Assembly: GCA_964549075.1 (NCBI GenBank)
Contig: CAZJUB010000056.1
Location: forward strand, 1-17,131
Reading direction: 5' to 3'
Origin: an uncultured archaeon
Lineage (GTDB): Archaea; Asgardarchaeota; Heimdallarchaeia; Heimdallarchaeales; Heimdallarchaeaceae
Length of the DNA stretch: 17,131 nucleotides
Below, piece by piece: positions 15,689 through 17,131 of this stretch. The first letter of the stretch is position 1. Every line of letters starts with the position of its first letter. Below the pieces are notes generated by a model that worked only from the letters and a program-made list of their open reading frames with translations, was not told the origin of the DNA and searched no databases. The translations under genes were made by a program, and so were the position numbers.

Positions 15689-16408
15689 ATGAAAAGAGAT
15701 CCTTTGATAATTGGAGTAGCATCAGTATTGGTAATTGCTTTTACATTATCATTATTGAATATCTATGTTTTTCCTGATATATTCTTTAATATCAAAATAG
15801 AAAGAAATACAGATAATGAAACTCAATTGGATCTTTTAGATGTTGCAGAAAAGGTTGATTTCGATTCTGATTTATTTGCAGGAGTTAATTTTACTGATCT
15901 TATTACTAGCAATCCAGAAAATGCCATCATTAATATCACACATATGATAGAATTAGCAGAAGAAAAACGATCTGCAGTATTTGATAATCAAGAGAATATT
16001 ATGCCTAGAAGGATTAAGTTGAAATATAATGGAACTATTTTAGGAGTTGGAAATGAATCGCTTCCCTATGAGGGATGGATACAAACCCATTTCTTTGGTC
16101 AAATTTTAGGAACATATTTAGCTTTCATTAATCCATCTTCAAATTTTGAAGTCTACTCAAATTTCACAATTCAAAGTGTAAATACATTCAATTTCCAAGA
16201 TACTGTAAATGCTCTCCAAGATATTTTTATCAATCCTTCGTTGAAACCAGATTTTGTAATCTATCAAACTATAGAATACACTGAAAGTAGAGGAATGTTT
16301 AACGAATATTCTACCGAGTTTGAAAGAATAATCTTTATAGATGCTTTTGGAGAGATTGTATTCTTCTTAACAACCGAAGGAAATTGGATTACACCCCTTT
16401 TATATTAA
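15689..16408 (+). CDS. Hypothetical protein with N-terminal membrane anchor
   Basis: 239-aa ORF beginning MKR plus a hydrophobic helix, with a TATA box upstream and a T-tract downstream. No family recognised. Confidence 0.8.
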   Translation: MKRDPLIIGVASVLVIAFTLSLLNIYVFPDIFFNIKIERNTDNETQLDLLDVAEKVDFDSDLFAGVNFTDLITSNPENAIINITHMIELAEEKRSAVFDNQENIMPRRIKLKYNGTILGVGNESLPYEGWIQTHFFGQILGTYLAFINPSSNFEVYSNFTIQSVNTFNFQDTVNALQDIFINPSLKPDFVIYQTIEYTESRGMFNEYSTEFERIIFIDAFGEIVFFLTTEGNWITPLLY

Positions 16409-16470
16409 CATCTGACATATTTGTTTTCCTTTTTCATAACTTTTAAAACAAGTATAATGATTTTTCATAT

Positions 16471-16971
16471 ATGGCACAAAAAGCACCATTTGGATTTAAA
16501 GTAACTCAAAAGATTTTTGCTCTTAGAGCCACCTATGACATAGTAGATGAAGCTACTGGACAAAAAATCTTTATAGCTAAAAGACAGATATTCGCCTTAA
16601 CTCCTACACTTTGGATAGAAGATTTGAACGGAAATGAAGTAATCAGAATAAAATCAAATTTCTTATTTAAGAATAGATGGAAGATTACTCAAGGAAATAA
16701 TATGATAGGGGAAGTGGAATTTCCCATAATTAGAATTTGTGGCATCAAATTTGACGTTCATCTAGCTGGACAAAGATACAGCGCTTCAGACATTCTAGGG
16801 TGGTCTTTCAATGCAGTAGACCCTTCGGGTAATATCGGCTTTACATTAGATAAGAAAGTATTCCATATAAAAGACACTTATCAAGTAACAGTTTATCCAC
16901 CTTTAGAGCCTCTATTTGGATTAGCTGCAGCATTAACAATTGATTCTAAATTCTATCAAGGCAATAGATAG
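16471..16971 (+). CDS. LURP-one/scramblase (tubby C-terminal-like) family protein
   Basis: VTQKIFAL..YDIVDEATGQ, IEDLNGNEV, WSFNAVDPSGN, KKVFHIKDTYQV, and a terminal helix LAAALTID. TTTTAAAA (16441-16448) lies 22 nt upstream. Confidence 0.88.
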   Translation: MAQKAPFGFKVTQKIFALRATYDIVDEATGQKIFIAKRQIFALTPTLWIEDLNGNEVIRIKSNFLFKNRWKITQGNNMIGEVEFPIIRICGIKFDVHLAGQRYSASDILGWSFNAVDPSGNIGFTLDKKVFHIKDTYQVTVYPPLEPLFGLAAALTIDSKFYQGNR

Positions 16972-16973
16972 AA

Positions 16974-16992
16974 TTTTATTTTTTTATCTTTT
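16974..16992 (+). terminator. T-rich terminator candidate
   Basis: Long T-tract right after the TAG at 16971. Confidence 0.5.
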
Positions 16993-17029
16993 GAAAAATT
17001 TATTAAAGAGTATTTTAAAACCATCAACT

Positions 17030-17131
17030 ATGAAGAAAGAGATTTTGGAAGAAATGGAAAAATTTCGAGTCTCTGAATTTGAGAAACTCGCAAAATCAAG
17101 CATGGTTCCAATATCTGATGGATCTAAACTT
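17030..17131 (+). CDS. Start of a 3'-truncated CDS, possibly an alpha/beta hydrolase
   Basis: MKKEILEEMEKFRVSEFEKLAKSSMVPISDGSKL runs off the window edge. TTTATTAA (16999-17006) lies 23 nt upstream. V..SDG.KL resembles hydrolase N-termini, but this is weak. Confidence 0.6.
   Translation, partial: MKKEILEEMEKFRVSEFEKLAKSSMVPISDGSKL

Overview
AT-rich, gene-dense archaeal DNA. The evidence for this is an archaeal-type AsnRS, an F420-dependent Mtd, TATA-like boxes about 20-24 nt before several start codons, AGGTGA ribosome-binding sites and T-tract terminators. AsnRS together with Mtd points to a non-methanogenic H4MPT-using archaeon, possibly Asgard; this is inference only. Left to right the window holds: (1) a 5'-truncated surface-anchored purple-acid-phosphatase/CARDB protein; (2) an MFS transporter broken by a 1-nt frameshift; (3) a five-gene minus-strand operon (8324->2781) encoding a secreted acidic, aromatic-rich 184-aa protein, a membrane-anchored 277-aa protein, a 900-aa FtsX/MacB-like permease and two distinct LolD/MacB-type ATPases; (4) a 770-bp unexplained gap; (5) a His/Cys membrane protein paired with a class II glutamine amidotransferase; (6) an intact MFS transporter; (7) asnS; (8) two LURP-one/scramblase-like proteins flanking a membrane-anchored SAM methyltransferase, mtd and a membrane-anchored hypothetical; and (9) the start of a further gene. 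The best candidate for an undescribed system is the five-gene secreted cargo + anchored partner + type VII ABC operon, with a tandem-repeat operator and an internal terminator after gene 1. I saw no CRISPR array, rRNA, tRNA or transposase. All family calls are from motif recognition by eye, not database searches.
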